A stretch of DNA of 64,000 nt from Verrucomicrobiota bacterium (GTDB taxonomy: Bacteria > Verrucomicrobiota > Verrucomicrobiia > Limisphaerales > CANJXF01): assembly GCA_038214755.1 (NCBI GenBank), contig JBBQRQ010000007.1, forward strand, positions 1-64,000, given 5' to 3'. Under the pieces are notes generated by a model that was not told where the DNA came from, made no database searches, and worked only from the letters and a program-made list of their open reading frames with translations. The position numbers and the translations under genes were made by a program. Positions 42,359-53,076 of the stretch are shown here, piece by piece. How positions within the stretch are numbered: the first letter of the stretch is position 1; every line of letters starts with the position of its first letter.

Positions 42359-43507
42359 CTATTTTATTAATTTCCAGCCGGTCTCATCAACTTTGAGGCC
42401 GGTGAATCCCTTGTATTGGTCATACACTTGTTGCATCTGCTCAATGGAATCAAAGTAGCCAACTATAAATGCTGTACTAAACGATTGACCGGCTTTCACC
42501 GGGCTGGCTGGGCCGACCTCTTGTATAAAGCAGACGTAGCGGACATTGTTGCACCAAGCCTCGTGCGTGCCGGCTGGGTTGAGCGTCATGCCTGCGAGCC
42601 ACGGCCCGTCCGAACCAGTCTTTGGGTCACGCAGTTTGTAAGCACGGATGAAACGCTGCGGAACTCCGTCGCGATCGCGCCGATAGTTGAACTTCTGCTC
42701 CGGCATGAACTTCTCGCGAAACTGACTGGATGGCAGCCGAGAGCCATCCGGCCCGCCGTGATAGCTGAGGTAAATCTCGCTGAACGTGTCCCCGTCGTTG
42801 TGCTTGATGTGCCCGGGCATGTCGATCCGCAGATACACCTGTTCGTAATCGTTGGCGCAATCAATGCGGTCTATCGAGACGAAATACCGCTTGCCTTTCT
42901 GGAAGACCAGGTACTGCGTCCACTTCGAGCCAGGCTTGTATGGCGGGGCGGCGGTCGTATAGGTGTGAGTCGTTTCAATAGCAACGAAACCCTTGCCTCG
43001 GATAACCCGTGGGTGCTGTTGAGGCACCTGGCACATCTGCGGCCCTTCGAGCTTTCGTTTGGGACGGTCTCCGTGGATCAGGTGGACGATCTCCGGCTCG
43101 TGCCGATAGCGCATATCCTCGGGTAGTTGATCTTCGTACGCATCGTCAGAGCCATCTTGCAGTATCCAGTCCACCGCATCCAGCCCGTAGCCGGGGTCGC
43201 GGAAGCCCGTCCGCTTGTCTAAAAACGATGTAGCCGCTACACCGGTGGTCAATGGACCTGGCGGTTTCTTTTTGCGGAAAGTGGCCGTCAGCGTATCGGT
43301 CTCCAGGTAGATGCCCGCCTCGTCCTCAGTGATTTTCGCCCAGTCCTCTCCTGCCTGAACACGACTGGACAGAGTGTTCGACGAATAGACCAGCGAGTTT
43401 GATGCTTGTTTGCTGGTGTCGGGTTGAGGAGCAGTCCGACCGGGTGATACCCACACCATCAAAGTGAGCAGGGTCCAGCGGATCGTCATGAACGTGTGAT
43501 TACTCAT
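42359..43507 (-). CDS. Secreted hypothetical protein
   Basis: 382-aa ORF with signal peptide. Confidence 0.75.
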   Translation of the reverse strand: MSNHTFMTIRWTLLTLMVWVSPGRTAPQPDTSKQASNSLVYSSNTLSSRVQAGEDWAKITEDEAGIYLETDTLTATFRKKKPPGPLTTGVAATSFLDKRTGFRDPGYGLDAVDWILQDGSDDAYEDQLPEDMRYRHEPEIVHLIHGDRPKRKLEGPQMCQVPQQHPRVIRGKGFVAIETTHTYTTAAPPYKPGSKWTQYLVFQKGKRYFVSIDRIDCANDYEQVYLRIDMPGHIKHNDGDTFSEIYLSYHGGPDGSRLPSSQFREKFMPEQKFNYRRDRDGVPQRFIRAYKLRDPKTGSDGPWLAGMTLNPAGTHEAWCNNVRYVCFIQEVGPASPVKAGQSFSTAFIVGYFDSIEQMQQVYDQYKGFTGLKVDETGWKLIK

Positions 43508-43547
43508 AGGAATTTGCTTTCATAATGCTACGCAGTTTATTCGTGAA

Positions 43548-45335
43548 CTAATACCCTACTCGATAGAAGAAGCCCCCGTCATGCAGGCCCAAGCGGATGA
43601 AGTTCAACACCCCGTACCGCTGTCCAGTGGGACCATAGTATTTGCCACCGAACATCATTGGATCCTCGGCGACGAGATAATGCACCCGTCCGGCCTCGGG
43701 TTTGAACTCGTCGGCATCGGTCACTCGCACCGCGAAACCCAGAGTCGAATCGAGCGATGCCAGCGCAACCTTCAACGTATAGGTATCGTCGCCGTCAGAC
43801 TGAAGTGAAGCGCGTTTGGGATCAAAACCAGCCGGCAGCGCCAAGGCGGCTTTGGGCTGGCCCTCTTGCTCCTTGTAATACATGCCCAAGCGAACGACAC
43901 CCTCGGGGTTGCCGTCCTCTGGCGAAGTGTCGCGCGCGGCTGTGGCGTGCGGGCGCAGGTCAAAAAAGAACTCGATCGCATCACAAGCCTGCCAGGTAGG
44001 GCTGCTCAGGAGGTCTATGGGTGCATTGATGCGCTGTCTCGCCCGAGCGGAGATCTTATATGCGTCAAAGTGGTCTTGCGCGCAGACTTTGTGCGGATCG
44101 TTCACGTGAAATCGAATGCTTACAGCCTCGGAGGTTCGTTCCAGCGAGAGCCTCGTGATCGGGCATGGAAGCTTGCCCTTGTACGTCGCTGACAGCGGTC
44201 TGAACTGACTGGCATTAAACGAAACTCCGGGTGGCGCGGCAGGCAAGATCGCCGCATAATGGAATAACGCGAATCCCGAAGCGAAACCGTCCTTGGCACG
44301 GAGCATGAGATAGAGCGGCTGTGTGCCCGCGGTGGCGGAAAAATCCTTGGTCGGCACGGAAACTGTGAACCTCCTGGACTCTTTAGGCGCGAGCGTTACG
44401 CGGCCCACATCATAAGTCTTATCAAGGACAGCAACCATGGTACCTGAGCGCGGCTGATCGCTCAGGTTTCGCGCGGTGATCCGAACTGTTAGTTTCCCGT
44501 CTTTTGGAAGCAGGTTGACATCATCAGCGGCGGTCAATTCGACCGTGGCCGGACCACCGGCGCGGATCGGTGGGCGTCGGCCATCTTTAGCCAGCGGCAA
44601 GCCCACGCCCATGCCATCCAGGATGGCTGCCGAAATGCATGCTTCGCCGGTCGGCAAAGGATGGATCACGTCAGGCGAAAACTCGTACCGCGGGTCCTTT
44701 TGCCACGCTTCGTGGAGTCCGCGTACGTAGGTCGCGTGGACATCAATGACCGGAACGTCCTGCTCGCGCGCCATACGAATGAGCCCCGCTGCCAGCCGAT
44801 CCAAGACCACGTTCATTTGGTTCTCGAACTGGGCCGGTTTGTCATTATGGGAGAAAGGCGTCTCGGCCAGGAAGACGAGTTGGATTTTGTGCTGACGCGC
44901 CAGGGGAGCGAATTGCCGCATCCACTTGAGAAATTCCTGCTCCTTCTCGTCAGCGTGGTCCGGCCGCATTTTGAGGTCATTCACGGCAAGCATGACCAGG
45001 GCAACGGTTGGCGCTCCGCCGTTGTCAATGTATTGGCGCAACGTTTCCAGCCCGCCCCGCGACGCCTGCCCGCCAACCGCTTTATTCGTGATAGAGATAC
45101 GGTTCCCAGGATAAACGGCATTGAGCACTCGCTCGATCTGAGAACAAAAAACACCCCGAGCGGTTATCGAATCGCCGATAACAACAATGCGATCGTCCGC
45201 CTTCAAGAATGAATACTCCTCGGCATCGACACTCCCAATAGTGAGGAACAGACAGATGGAGAGACTGAAGAGTATTCGATTCAGCGGCGAAGGAATAAGC
45301 ATTGGAATTTGGTCTTTGGACCGTCGGAGAGACAT
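43548..45335 (-). CDS. SGNH/GDSL hydrolase with C-terminal beta domains
   Basis: IGDSIT, AVGG, AVND, DVIHP. Confidence 0.9.
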   Translation of the reverse strand: MSLRRSKDQIPMLIPSPLNRILFSLSICLFLTIGSVDAEEYSFLKADDRIVVIGDSITARGVFCSQIERVLNAVYPGNRISITNKAVGGQASRGGLETLRQYIDNGGAPTVALVMLAVNDLKMRPDHADEKEQEFLKWMRQFAPLARQHKIQLVFLAETPFSHNDKPAQFENQMNVVLDRLAAGLIRMAREQDVPVIDVHATYVRGLHEAWQKDPRYEFSPDVIHPLPTGEACISAAILDGMGVGLPLAKDGRRPPIRAGGPATVELTAADDVNLLPKDGKLTVRITARNLSDQPRSGTMVAVLDKTYDVGRVTLAPKESRRFTVSVPTKDFSATAGTQPLYLMLRAKDGFASGFALFHYAAILPAAPPGVSFNASQFRPLSATYKGKLPCPITRLSLERTSEAVSIRFHVNDPHKVCAQDHFDAYKISARARQRINAPIDLLSSPTWQACDAIEFFFDLRPHATAARDTSPEDGNPEGVVRLGMYYKEQEGQPKAALALPAGFDPKRASLQSDGDDTYTLKVALASLDSTLGFAVRVTDADEFKPEAGRVHYLVAEDPMMFGGKYYGPTGQRYGVLNFIRLGLHDGGFFYRVGY

Positions 45336-45354
45336 CGCAGAAGCGAAAAGAATA

Positions 45355-46998
45355 TTATTCCGTTACGTAGAGCGCAAAGACATGGGCTTTGCTGTTGGCA
45401 GGAAACTTCACTTTTCCGGCCAATTGCTGACCCGTCGGCAACGATGCGGTCTTGGTCTTCGGCCACACGATTTGTTGCTGTGTTCCGTTGGCAGTGATCG
45501 TTGCCGCATCAGCTCCTGAATAGCCTGGCACCGGCCTATCATGGCCATCAAGCAGTTCAACGGTTAGCGGCGCATCGGACGTGATGCCATCGGCGTTGAG
45601 CAGGAGCTTGCCGCCCTTTCTGCTCGCGAAGGGAGCAGTAATAAAGTGGGCGTCGTTGCCATCCTCTTTGCAAGCGAGATAGCCGAAGCCATCGCGGCGT
45701 AGAGTGGCAAGGCCGATTTCCATAGACTTCAGCTTCCCGCCCGTGTCCCAATGCGAATACCAAAGCATGGTCTTTTCACCCTCATTCACAAACGCATGAC
45801 CTTGGATCAGCGCGATGTCGTCCCACTCGCCCTCCTTGCCGCGCGCAATCACTTTGAAGTCCGGCACGGGTTCGCGGAAATGAATGCCGTCGTTGCTCAT
45901 AATCAGCCCCAAGTCGATATGTACGCCTAGATTTGGCATCGCTCCCTTGGGGGGCACAGGTGCATTCAGCCACATCCCGTACAGCCCCAGCATTACGTTG
46001 CCACGATTCCACAGCCCAGCGCCCATGTGTACCTGTTGAGCCGTACCATAACCTCCCACAAGCGGGTTCTCTCGATTCCACGCGCCCGCCTCCGTGTGAA
46101 CCGGTTGGGCCGTTGGGAGCGGATTTCCAAGCTGACCATGGCGTGCAAACGAAAGAGTCTTTGCCTGTGACCAATTCACGAAATCAGGTGAGCGATAAGC
46201 CAACATTACACGGCCCACATCACTCCCATCGGCACGCCAGGTCCAAGGGGAGATCAACTGCCCGGTCGTGTAGTAAAAACCGTCGAAGCGGTAGAGACTG
46301 GAGACCTCGAAGCGCTCGCCTTCGGCATTTGCGGGACGATCTCCGACGATCTTCCATCTCAGTCCATCAGCGCTCGTTGCGCAAATGGTGACAGGAAGGC
46401 GAGTTTTCGGGTTGACGGGGGAACGCTTGTCTTTGACTCCGATCTTGCTCATGCCTCCACGAATGTCCTCGTATTGCGGGTGCGCAATATAGGCGGCCTT
46501 GTAGCGGCGTTTCGGATCGGGATCGTTCGGCTCATACAGAATGGAGAGGAAATCATCCACCAATGTCAGAGATCGAGGCTCGCCTTCGATCAGGCAGATG
46601 TTGTTGCGCTTGTTGCCGTTTAACTCCACCAGTCCAAGTTCCGGCTTGGTCCAATGCACCCCGTCCTTGCTCTCCGCATAGCACATCGGTCGCCACCAGC
46701 CGGGAGCGTTTAAACTTTTGAGTTCTGTTTCGATCATGCCGAGATACCACATGCGAAACTTGTCACCGTCCTTGATGACCGTTCCGTAAAGAACAGCGTG
46801 CCCATGATCGGGCGCTCCCTCAGGTCCGCGCCGCAGCACGGGGTTTTCGGGGTGCTTCTGCGCTGCGACGAGCGTGACTTTCAAATTATGCTGCCACGGG
46901 ATGCTGTAGTCATCGAACGCGAAGAAGACGCGCTCCTCGGCGTGCGCCGCGATCGAAAGACTAAGAACAATCAGAGCGGTGGTGAAGTGCGTACTCAT
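45355..46998 (-). CDS. Five-bladed beta-propeller glycoside-hydrolase-like protein
   Basis: KHPENPVL, FRMWY, YAESKDGVHWTKPELG, SNDGIHF, IGLATLRRDGF. Confidence 0.8.
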   Translation of the reverse strand: MSTHFTTALIVLSLSIAAHAEERVFFAFDDYSIPWQHNLKVTLVAAQKHPENPVLRRGPEGAPDHGHAVLYGTVIKDGDKFRMWYLGMIETELKSLNAPGWWRPMCYAESKDGVHWTKPELGLVELNGNKRNNICLIEGEPRSLTLVDDFLSILYEPNDPDPKRRYKAAYIAHPQYEDIRGGMSKIGVKDKRSPVNPKTRLPVTICATSADGLRWKIVGDRPANAEGERFEVSSLYRFDGFYYTTGQLISPWTWRADGSDVGRVMLAYRSPDFVNWSQAKTLSFARHGQLGNPLPTAQPVHTEAGAWNRENPLVGGYGTAQQVHMGAGLWNRGNVMLGLYGMWLNAPVPPKGAMPNLGVHIDLGLIMSNDGIHFREPVPDFKVIARGKEGEWDDIALIQGHAFVNEGEKTMLWYSHWDTGGKLKSMEIGLATLRRDGFGYLACKEDGNDAHFITAPFASRKGGKLLLNADGITSDAPLTVELLDGHDRPVPGYSGADAATITANGTQQQIVWPKTKTASLPTGQQLAGKVKFPANSKAHVFALYVTE

Positions 46999-47269
46999 AG
47001 ATATGTAACGTTTCGTGATTAAGATTTGTTTTTTGGATGCAGTGATACTTTGAAAAATATGCCCTTGGTTTTAGCTCAAATTCCTTAATCTTTCTTGTCT
47101 TTGGCGATATTACCTTTATCAGGGTTTTGAGAAGGACGCTTCATTTGGAGCTAATTAGAATTTCCCGACGACTAGGGCCATGGATCCCCAGAACCCAGTG
47201 GGTAGTTGATACCGTTAAATTCGCCACGCATCCACATGGCCGCCCGGCAATGTTTTTTGAAAAACGTGG

Positions 47270-48067
47270 CTATGGCAAAGCCACTGCAGGAGGAATGTTT
47301 ATGGAAAAATGCTCCCACCAATCATTATTAATGGGGTCATTGGAATAAGTGCCGGCGTTGGAACGAGCAATCACGCGTTGCCTATCACTATACCAAGCTG
47401 CGTGGGCGTCCGTGTACGCGACATTGTATCCAGTTTTGTGAGCAAAATCTCCAACGCCCGATGGAAAGAAATCCGAGCTCAACGCTCTGATCCCGGGGCG
47501 CTCGATAGCCGTCAGCTTATTCGGTTTATCCTCACTGGTGGAACCAGTGTATAGATAAATATACCAAATATTGATGCCGTTATTACCGCCGGTCGTAGGT
47601 CTTGGGAAGTTGTTCTCCCACCCATACGGTCCGCTATATTCCAACGCTCCCTCATAACCAAAAAATGTCTGCGTCTTCGAAGGACAATAAAACACTCTCG
47701 GTTGCCGGATATAGTTTGGATAGAGCTTCCCCAAGCCGACAAGAGATGAGATCGCCTCGTCGGTATTCCTCGGAATCGGATCACCAAAGAGGATGTTTTG
47801 AACGCAATAGGAAGTCACGCCGCGCTTCGGTAGAACTTGATTGTTATCGCTCGCGTACATAGTCAGACCCAGCGCCTGCTGGCGAACATGGTTGAGGCAT
47901 TGCGTGCGTTTCGCTTTCTCCTTAGCCTGACTGAGAGCCGGCAATAGCAGGCTGGCTAAAATGGCGATGATGGCAATAACGACGAGCAACTCAATCAAGG
48001 TGAACCCGCAGGGGGGTAAACGCATGCACAAACGAGTTGATTTTAAATGTTTCAAAGATTTGTTCAT
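47270..48067 (-). CDS. Prepilin-type N-terminal cleavage/methylation protein (DUF1559/H-X9-DG-like)
   Basis: [30 protein letters not shown]....[19 protein letters not shown]. Confidence 0.95.
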   Translation of the reverse strand: MNKSLKHLKSTRLCMRLPPCGFTLIELLVVIAIIAILASLLLPALSQAKEKAKRTQCLNHVRQQALGLTMYASDNNQVLPKRGVTSYCVQNILFGDPIPRNTDEAISSLVGLGKLYPNYIRQPRVFYCPSKTQTFFGYEGALEYSGPYGWENNFPRPTTGGNNGINIWYIYLYTGSTSEDKPNKLTAIERPGIRALSSDFFPSGVGDFAHKTGYNVAYTDAHAAWYSDRQRVIARSNAGTYSNDPINNDWWEHFSINIPPAVALP

Positions 48068-48113
48068 AATGAAATATCGGTTGTTGGATCTTCAGACGAC
48101 TACTTTTAAGGTC

Positions 48114-51100
48114 TTAAGGTAAAGTGAACGCATAAATTAATCTATAGAATTTTTTACCCGCTCCCACGGTTACGGTATAGGGACTGGTCACAGGAGTTGC
48201 GTTGCTATTCAGTGGTACATCCGTCCATCCCGATGGATTTGAAACGTCGTCACTCTGTTGCAATCTGAACCCGGCTCCCGACCACGACAATGTCAATTGA
48301 CCCCCAGCCAAAACAGTGGTGATTTTTGGTTGAGGGGCTGAAATCGGCCCCCACGCTTGCACGTCGTCCACGTAATCGAGACCCGTATTATTGCCGTTTT
48401 TGAACGAGAGACCTTTGATGACCGTTCGGACGGGACAGGCGTAGTTGGTCGAAACGCCGTTGGCCGCCACGAGGACATTGGTGGAACCCACAACATAATC
48501 GGCCTCCAGCTTAACCCAAGTGTTTGCGGGTACGGTCACACCTTTGGCTATATGAGCGGTGCCGTTAAAGACCGTGACAGTAAGTTGCGTAATGCCGATG
48601 GAAATAATTTGAGCGAAGGTATCCGCCGACGGACTCGTCGTGTCCAGACCCATTTGTGAAAACCCCCCGACGAAGTGATAGATCCAGGCCTCGTAATGCA
48701 GGGTACCATTAGTCACACTCGCCGTGAATGCCGGATGCGCTATACGTTGGGAAGCAGTGGCGCTATTCGGTCGTTCGCTAATCAGGTACTTCAAGCCTCC
48801 GTGCGCCCCTGGGTCAGGGTTATCGGTCGTGATGGTAAGGAATGGCAACGGAGGATAAATGTTATAGGAGCCAATTTGGGGTGCATCAGGAGCGGTGTTC
48901 GGGATGGAATTTTCAAAGGTGTCGGCGAAAAGCAGCGGCGAAACCACCGCACTAATATCGTCCACATAGCTTACACCCCCATCAGCACCATTTCTGAACC
49001 AGAGACCTTTCACCACAGTTTGCGCGGGAACGGAAAAAGCGGCTGGCGTGTTGTTGACCGTCAGGACGATGTTGGTGGAGCCGACCACATAATCGAGCGC
49101 AAGTTTCGTCCAAACTCCCAGAGCGTTGGTCAGTCCTTTGTCCACGAACGTCGTGCCGTCCCAAACCCGAACTTTCCCATCCTGACCAAACGCAGCATCC
49201 GTGTGGAAGGAATCCCCAGCGGTGTCCAAACCCATTTCCGCAATCCCGCTCCCGATGGGCAAGTTGATCCATGCCTCCACGTGTACTGAACCATTGCTTA
49301 GAGGGGCAAAGAAGGCCGGGCGGGCAATACGTACCGTAGCCGCCGTCACTCGTTGGATGACCAAATAGTTCGAACCGCCATGCGCGCCAGGGGCGAGGTT
49401 ATTTGTCACCACGGCGGGGTTCGTCTCGACGTTATATGAGCCTGCCTGAGGCGCATTCGGGGCGGATCCAACAGCGGCGTTCTCAAGGTTGTCGCTGAAT
49501 AAAACAGCGCTGTAGGAAGGAATATTATTTGCACGAAAATTCTCACCTGGCCCCGCGCCCGTCGGCTGGGGATAAGAGGCATTGGTGGTTATTAGAATTT
49601 TATCGATGATAAAGCCGTCTTCGCGCATCCATATATGAAACTGATGATCGCCGGGTGAGGTCACGTCGAATGCCACCGGTGTGCCATCCAAGTTGGTGTT
49701 CAGCCAGACCCAACCGGCGCCTGCCGGGAAACGGCCGATACGACGCGTCGTGGAAAGCAATACCTTGTCCAGTCCGGCATGCACCACGCCGTTGTCGGTG
49801 GTGCCAACAGTTCCATTATCGCGTCCTCTCACCCAAATGTAATGAGTGCCAGTGGTGAAGAACCTGACTTTGTAATCCAAGCGGGGACTGTCGCTGACAT
49901 CGTCTCCAACGTTGACCCCGGTATTGGGCACAGCTTGCATCGCTCCCTCTCCAGAATACCCTGGATCAGAGTTAGTGCCTGTCCAACGTTGGGCTAGAAC
50001 ATTAGGCAATACGTTGCGGTCAAAACGTTCCGCTTCAATTACCAGGAGTCCGTCCGCGCTCTCTTGCAGCGGCGGCCGGGTGTTCAAGGTGCTGATGATG
50101 GTGTAAGTGATAGTATTGCTGTTCACGTTGCCCGGAAGCGCGTCATCACTGTAAACTAACTGAACCGTGTTGGTGGCTTCTTCCGGTTGAATTGGAGGCT
50201 GGTAACTTATGATGGTGAGATTAGTGCCACTCGGCCTGGTGATGGAGGGCAAAACCGGAACGCCGTTAAAGTATAGCACCAGTGAATTAGTGTTAACCTT
50301 TTGCGTCCCGTCCTTTACCGTAAAGACGACATTGGTGGTTCGTGATACACCGGTCGCTCCGTCCGCTGGTTGCGTTGATACTAGTAAGGTCTTGACGCCC
50401 GGAAGCAAGTATGCCTGCACGTCGTCCACGTAGTTCGTAGCAGGCTGGCTGCCGTTCTTGAAAAAAAGGCCAATGATGCTGGTGGTTATTCGGGGAGTGG
50501 CATAATTCGTAGTTGTGCTGGGATCGTCGTTGAGCGTCAGGGTCAAGTTGGTCGTCCCCATCACATAATCGAACGCCCATTTATGCCAGGTGTTCAGCGC
50601 CAGGGTCTGACCTTTGTCCACGAAAGTCGCATTCTCAGGAGAGACACGGACGGACGTGCCGTTAATGCCCATAACGTTCGCTATGAGATTACCCGCAGTG
50701 ATCGGAGTTATGACAAATCCAATTTCCGCAAAGGGCGGGGTCGAACCTGATTTGTTGTAAAACCAATTTTCGACATGCAACCTATTACCAGCTTCGGTCA
50801 CGGCGCGTGTGAACTGCGGGCGCACTATATATGAACTTGAAGTGGCGCTATCCAATCGCCTCGTGATCAGGTAATTCGCGCCCCCGTGAGCGCCGGGGCT
50901 AAGGTCATTCACCACGCGGGTTAGGTTTGTCGTCTCCATGTACGACCCGAACTGGGGCGCGGACGGGACAGCACCGACCGTGTTGCTTTCAAAGTTGTCG
51001 GCGAAAAGAACTTCGGGGACAAACGGAATTGCGTCGTAATAAACAGTCGAGCCAGCGCCACTGGTCTCCAGCCTGATGCCAGTGGCGTTGCCGCCCGTGC

Positions 51101-51731
51101 CACCATAGGAAGATTGGGAATTCCTCGTTTCGAAGGTCGTGCCATTGACCGAAACTGACCACGAACCGCTGCCGTTGGTGTGTTGCAAAACTACAGTATT
51201 CCATGCGAGGAGGTTGTACGTCTGAGTCAGAACCTGGGGGCCAGGAATACTGCCGTCGTAGATGCTGATTGACCCATTAGCCAAGAAATCAATTTCACCA
51301 CTGTCCGCCGCACCAGACATGGGAAAAGCGGCGGCACCATTGGTATCTACATAGATGGAAAAGCTGATCCGGACTAAATCGCCTGTACCACTATTAGTCG
51401 CAGCGCCAAACTCACCAACTGCCGTGATTGTTGGACTGCCTGGTGTACGGGCGAGGCGCAAGAACTTACTGCCTTCAGTGGCGCTGATGGCAGCACCAAG
51501 ACGATTGGTCGCGGCAGCCACAACTGCCAAGCTGTTGCTCAAACCATTATTAGACCAGTTACCCACTAATGGATCGTTCGCACCAGGAACCGAACCGACA
51601 GTGCCGTTCTCAAAATTAGCGTTGAAGATGGACTGACTCTTAGTGACGTTGAAAATCACGAAAGCATTGGCTGGGGGCGTCAGACAGAGAGCCCCGAGGG
51701 CAGATAGGACAAACAATTTTGTTGGTTTCAT
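48114..51731 (-). CDS. Large secreted repeat protein (4 lectin-like repeats, Ig-like, CBM-like, C-terminal Verrucomicrobia-type domain)
   Basis: Signal peptide; LF.D.FE...YVDD repeats; IEAE...MREDG..IDK domain; LTLSWSG..FRLQQS....W...FYRL. Confidence 0.85.
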   Translation of the reverse strand: MKPTKLFVLSALGALCLTPPANAFVIFNVTKSQSIFNANFENGTVGSVPGANDPLVGNWSNNGLSNSLAVVAAATNRLGAAISATEGSKFLRLARTPGSPTITAVGEFGAATNSGTGDLVRISFSIYVDTNGAAAFPMSGAADSGEIDFLANGSISIYDGSIPGPQVLTQTYNLLAWNTVVLQHTNGSGSWSVSVNGTTFETRNSQSSYGGTGGNATGIRLETSGAGSTVYYDAIPFVPEVLFADNFESNTVGAVPSAPQFGSYMETTNLTRVVNDLSPGAHGGANYLITRRLDSATSSSYIVRPQFTRAVTEAGNRLHVENWFYNKSGSTPPFAEIGFVITPITAGNLIANVMGINGTSVRVSPENATFVDKGQTLALNTWHKWAFDYVMGTTNLTLTLNDDPSTTTNYATPRITTSIIGLFFKNGSQPATNYVDDVQAYLLPGVKTLLVSTQPADGATGVSRTTNVVFTVKDGTQKVNTNSLVLYFNGVPVLPSITRPSGTNLTIISYQPPIQPEEATNTVQLVYSDDALPGNVNSNTITYTIISTLNTRPPLQESADGLLVIEAERFDRNVLPNVLAQRWTGTNSDPGYSGEGAMQAVPNTGVNVGDDVSDSPRLDYKVRFFTTGTHYIWVRGRDNGTVGTTDNGVVHAGLDKVLLSTTRRIGRFPAGAGWVWLNTNLDGTPVAFDVTSPGDHQFHIWMREDGFIIDKILITTNASYPQPTGAGPGENFRANNIPSYSAVLFSDNLENAAVGSAPNAPQAGSYNVETNPAVVTNNLAPGAHGGSNYLVIQRVTAATVRIARPAFFAPLSNGSVHVEAWINLPIGSGIAEMGLDTAGDSFHTDAAFGQDGKVRVWDGTTFVDKGLTNALGVWTKLALDYVVGSTNIVLTVNNTPAAFSVPAQTVVKGLWFRNGADGGVSYVDDISAVVSPLLFADTFENSIPNTAPDAPQIGSYNIYPPLPFLTITTDNPDPGAHGGLKYLISERPNSATASQRIAHPAFTASVTNGTLHYEAWIYHFVGGFSQMGLDTTSPSADTFAQIISIGITQLTVTVFNGTAHIAKGVTVPANTWVKLEADYVVGSTNVLVAANGVSTNYACPVRTVIKGLSFKNGNNTGLDYVDDVQAWGPISAPQPKITTVLAGGQLTLSWSGAGFRLQQSDDVSNPSGWTDVPLNSNATPVTSPYTVTVGAGKKFYRLIYAFTLP

Positions 51732-52434
51732 AGAGTTAGTAGCTGTGAGTATCTTGATGGTATTCCGATTTTCGCAGAGGGAGGTCTGTTGCTGTTTTTA
51801 ATTTTTTTTCCGGACTTGAGACAAGTTTTAGAGATGGCTCCGCACTTGATTGATGCACGGAGAACCAACGCCGAAGATCAACTCCTTATTAGAATTTTCG
51901 TACATCTGCATAAAAGTTTCGGGTAAACAACCACGAACCTTGCCACTAGGCCACCCATATCACCAAGATACTGCAGTCTGTTAAACATGGCAGAACTTCC
52001 CAAGTTTCGCGCGCAAATGCCTTTTCCTATCCCCGACGTGCCGTGGCGTATCCCACGCTGAAGGGAATGAAGCGTTTCTCAAGGAGCAGGTTGATTTTGC
52101 AGTCGGTCGCGGCACCAAGATGTACGCGGTCAAAAAGCGGGGTAATACCCCAGCGCAGCACCCGCGTGTCCGTCGAGAATGCGATGAACGGCCGTGTCAT
52201 AATTGTGATGGTATACAATGCGAGAAATTCTTGGCAAGCTTTTTTTTGATTTATTTTTTTCAAGAATAAACATGCCAACTACTATGAAATCCGATGCTCG
52301 AACGTGGTTCGGGTGGGCGACGGACAAGGGTCTAATCGACTCCAGACTGGAAAATGCTTTGACAACTGACACGGAATGGAATACCAAGGTGGCAATAGGT
52401 TGTTTGAGAGTCACCACCGTCAGGAAAAATCGCT

Positions 52435-53076
52435 ATGTTATCCGAAAAAGTCTACAAGAAAGTTAAGTCGATGATCTACGATGGACACTTGCAGCCAGGT
52501 GAGCGTCTGGTGGAGCGAGATCTTTCCCGGAAGCTAGGCACAAGCCGCATTCCCTTGCGTGAGTCTCTGGTTCGTCTTGAATCCGAAGGGTTAGTACGCA
52601 GCATCCCGAACAGCGCCTCTTACGTTGAGGATTTTTCCCCGTCAGACATTTTGGAAATGTATTCGATGCGACTCGTGCTGGAGCCCTTGGCGGCGCGACT
52701 GGCCACGCTGCAGCATGAGGATTCCTTGTTGGACAAACTGCGCAGGCTTTGCGAACTGATGACCACCTGCACAAGAAACTGTGATTGGACTGGACTTGAT
52801 CGCGCCGACTACCAGTTTCATCGCTTGATCGTCGGCGCATCAAGCCATAAACTTTTGATTCGTACCTATGACAACTGCCATATCCAAGTCACCGGCAGCC
52901 GCCCTTCATACGCTCACTTGAAGCTCCTTACCCCTGATACTACCGCTAAAGAACACGATGTCATCATGCAGGCTATTGGAAAATGGGATGCCCACGCTGC
53001 GGAGGAAGCTACCCGCGATCACGTAAGACTTGCTCTCGGTCAACTGGAGGAATACTTAGGAGTACGGCTGAAATAA
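52435..53076 (+). CDS. GntR family transcriptional regulator (FCD domain)
   Basis: LQPGERLVERDL...SRIPLRESL..LESEGLV; D.QFH, EH. Confidence 0.95.
   Translation: MLSEKVYKKVKSMIYDGHLQPGERLVERDLSRKLGTSRIPLRESLVRLESEGLVRSIPNSASYVEDFSPSDILEMYSMRLVLEPLAARLATLQHEDSLLDKLRRLCELMTTCTRNCDWTGLDRADYQFHRLIVGASSHKLLIRTYDNCHIQVTGSRPSYAHLKLLTPDTTAKEHDVIMQAIGKWDAHAAEEATRDHVRLALGQLEEYLGVRLK

Noticed and set aside
52027..52202. Short minus ORF (RPFIAFSTDTRVLRWGITP) faintly like a pyruvate kinase C-terminal fragment
   Set aside because: Similarity too short to support without a search
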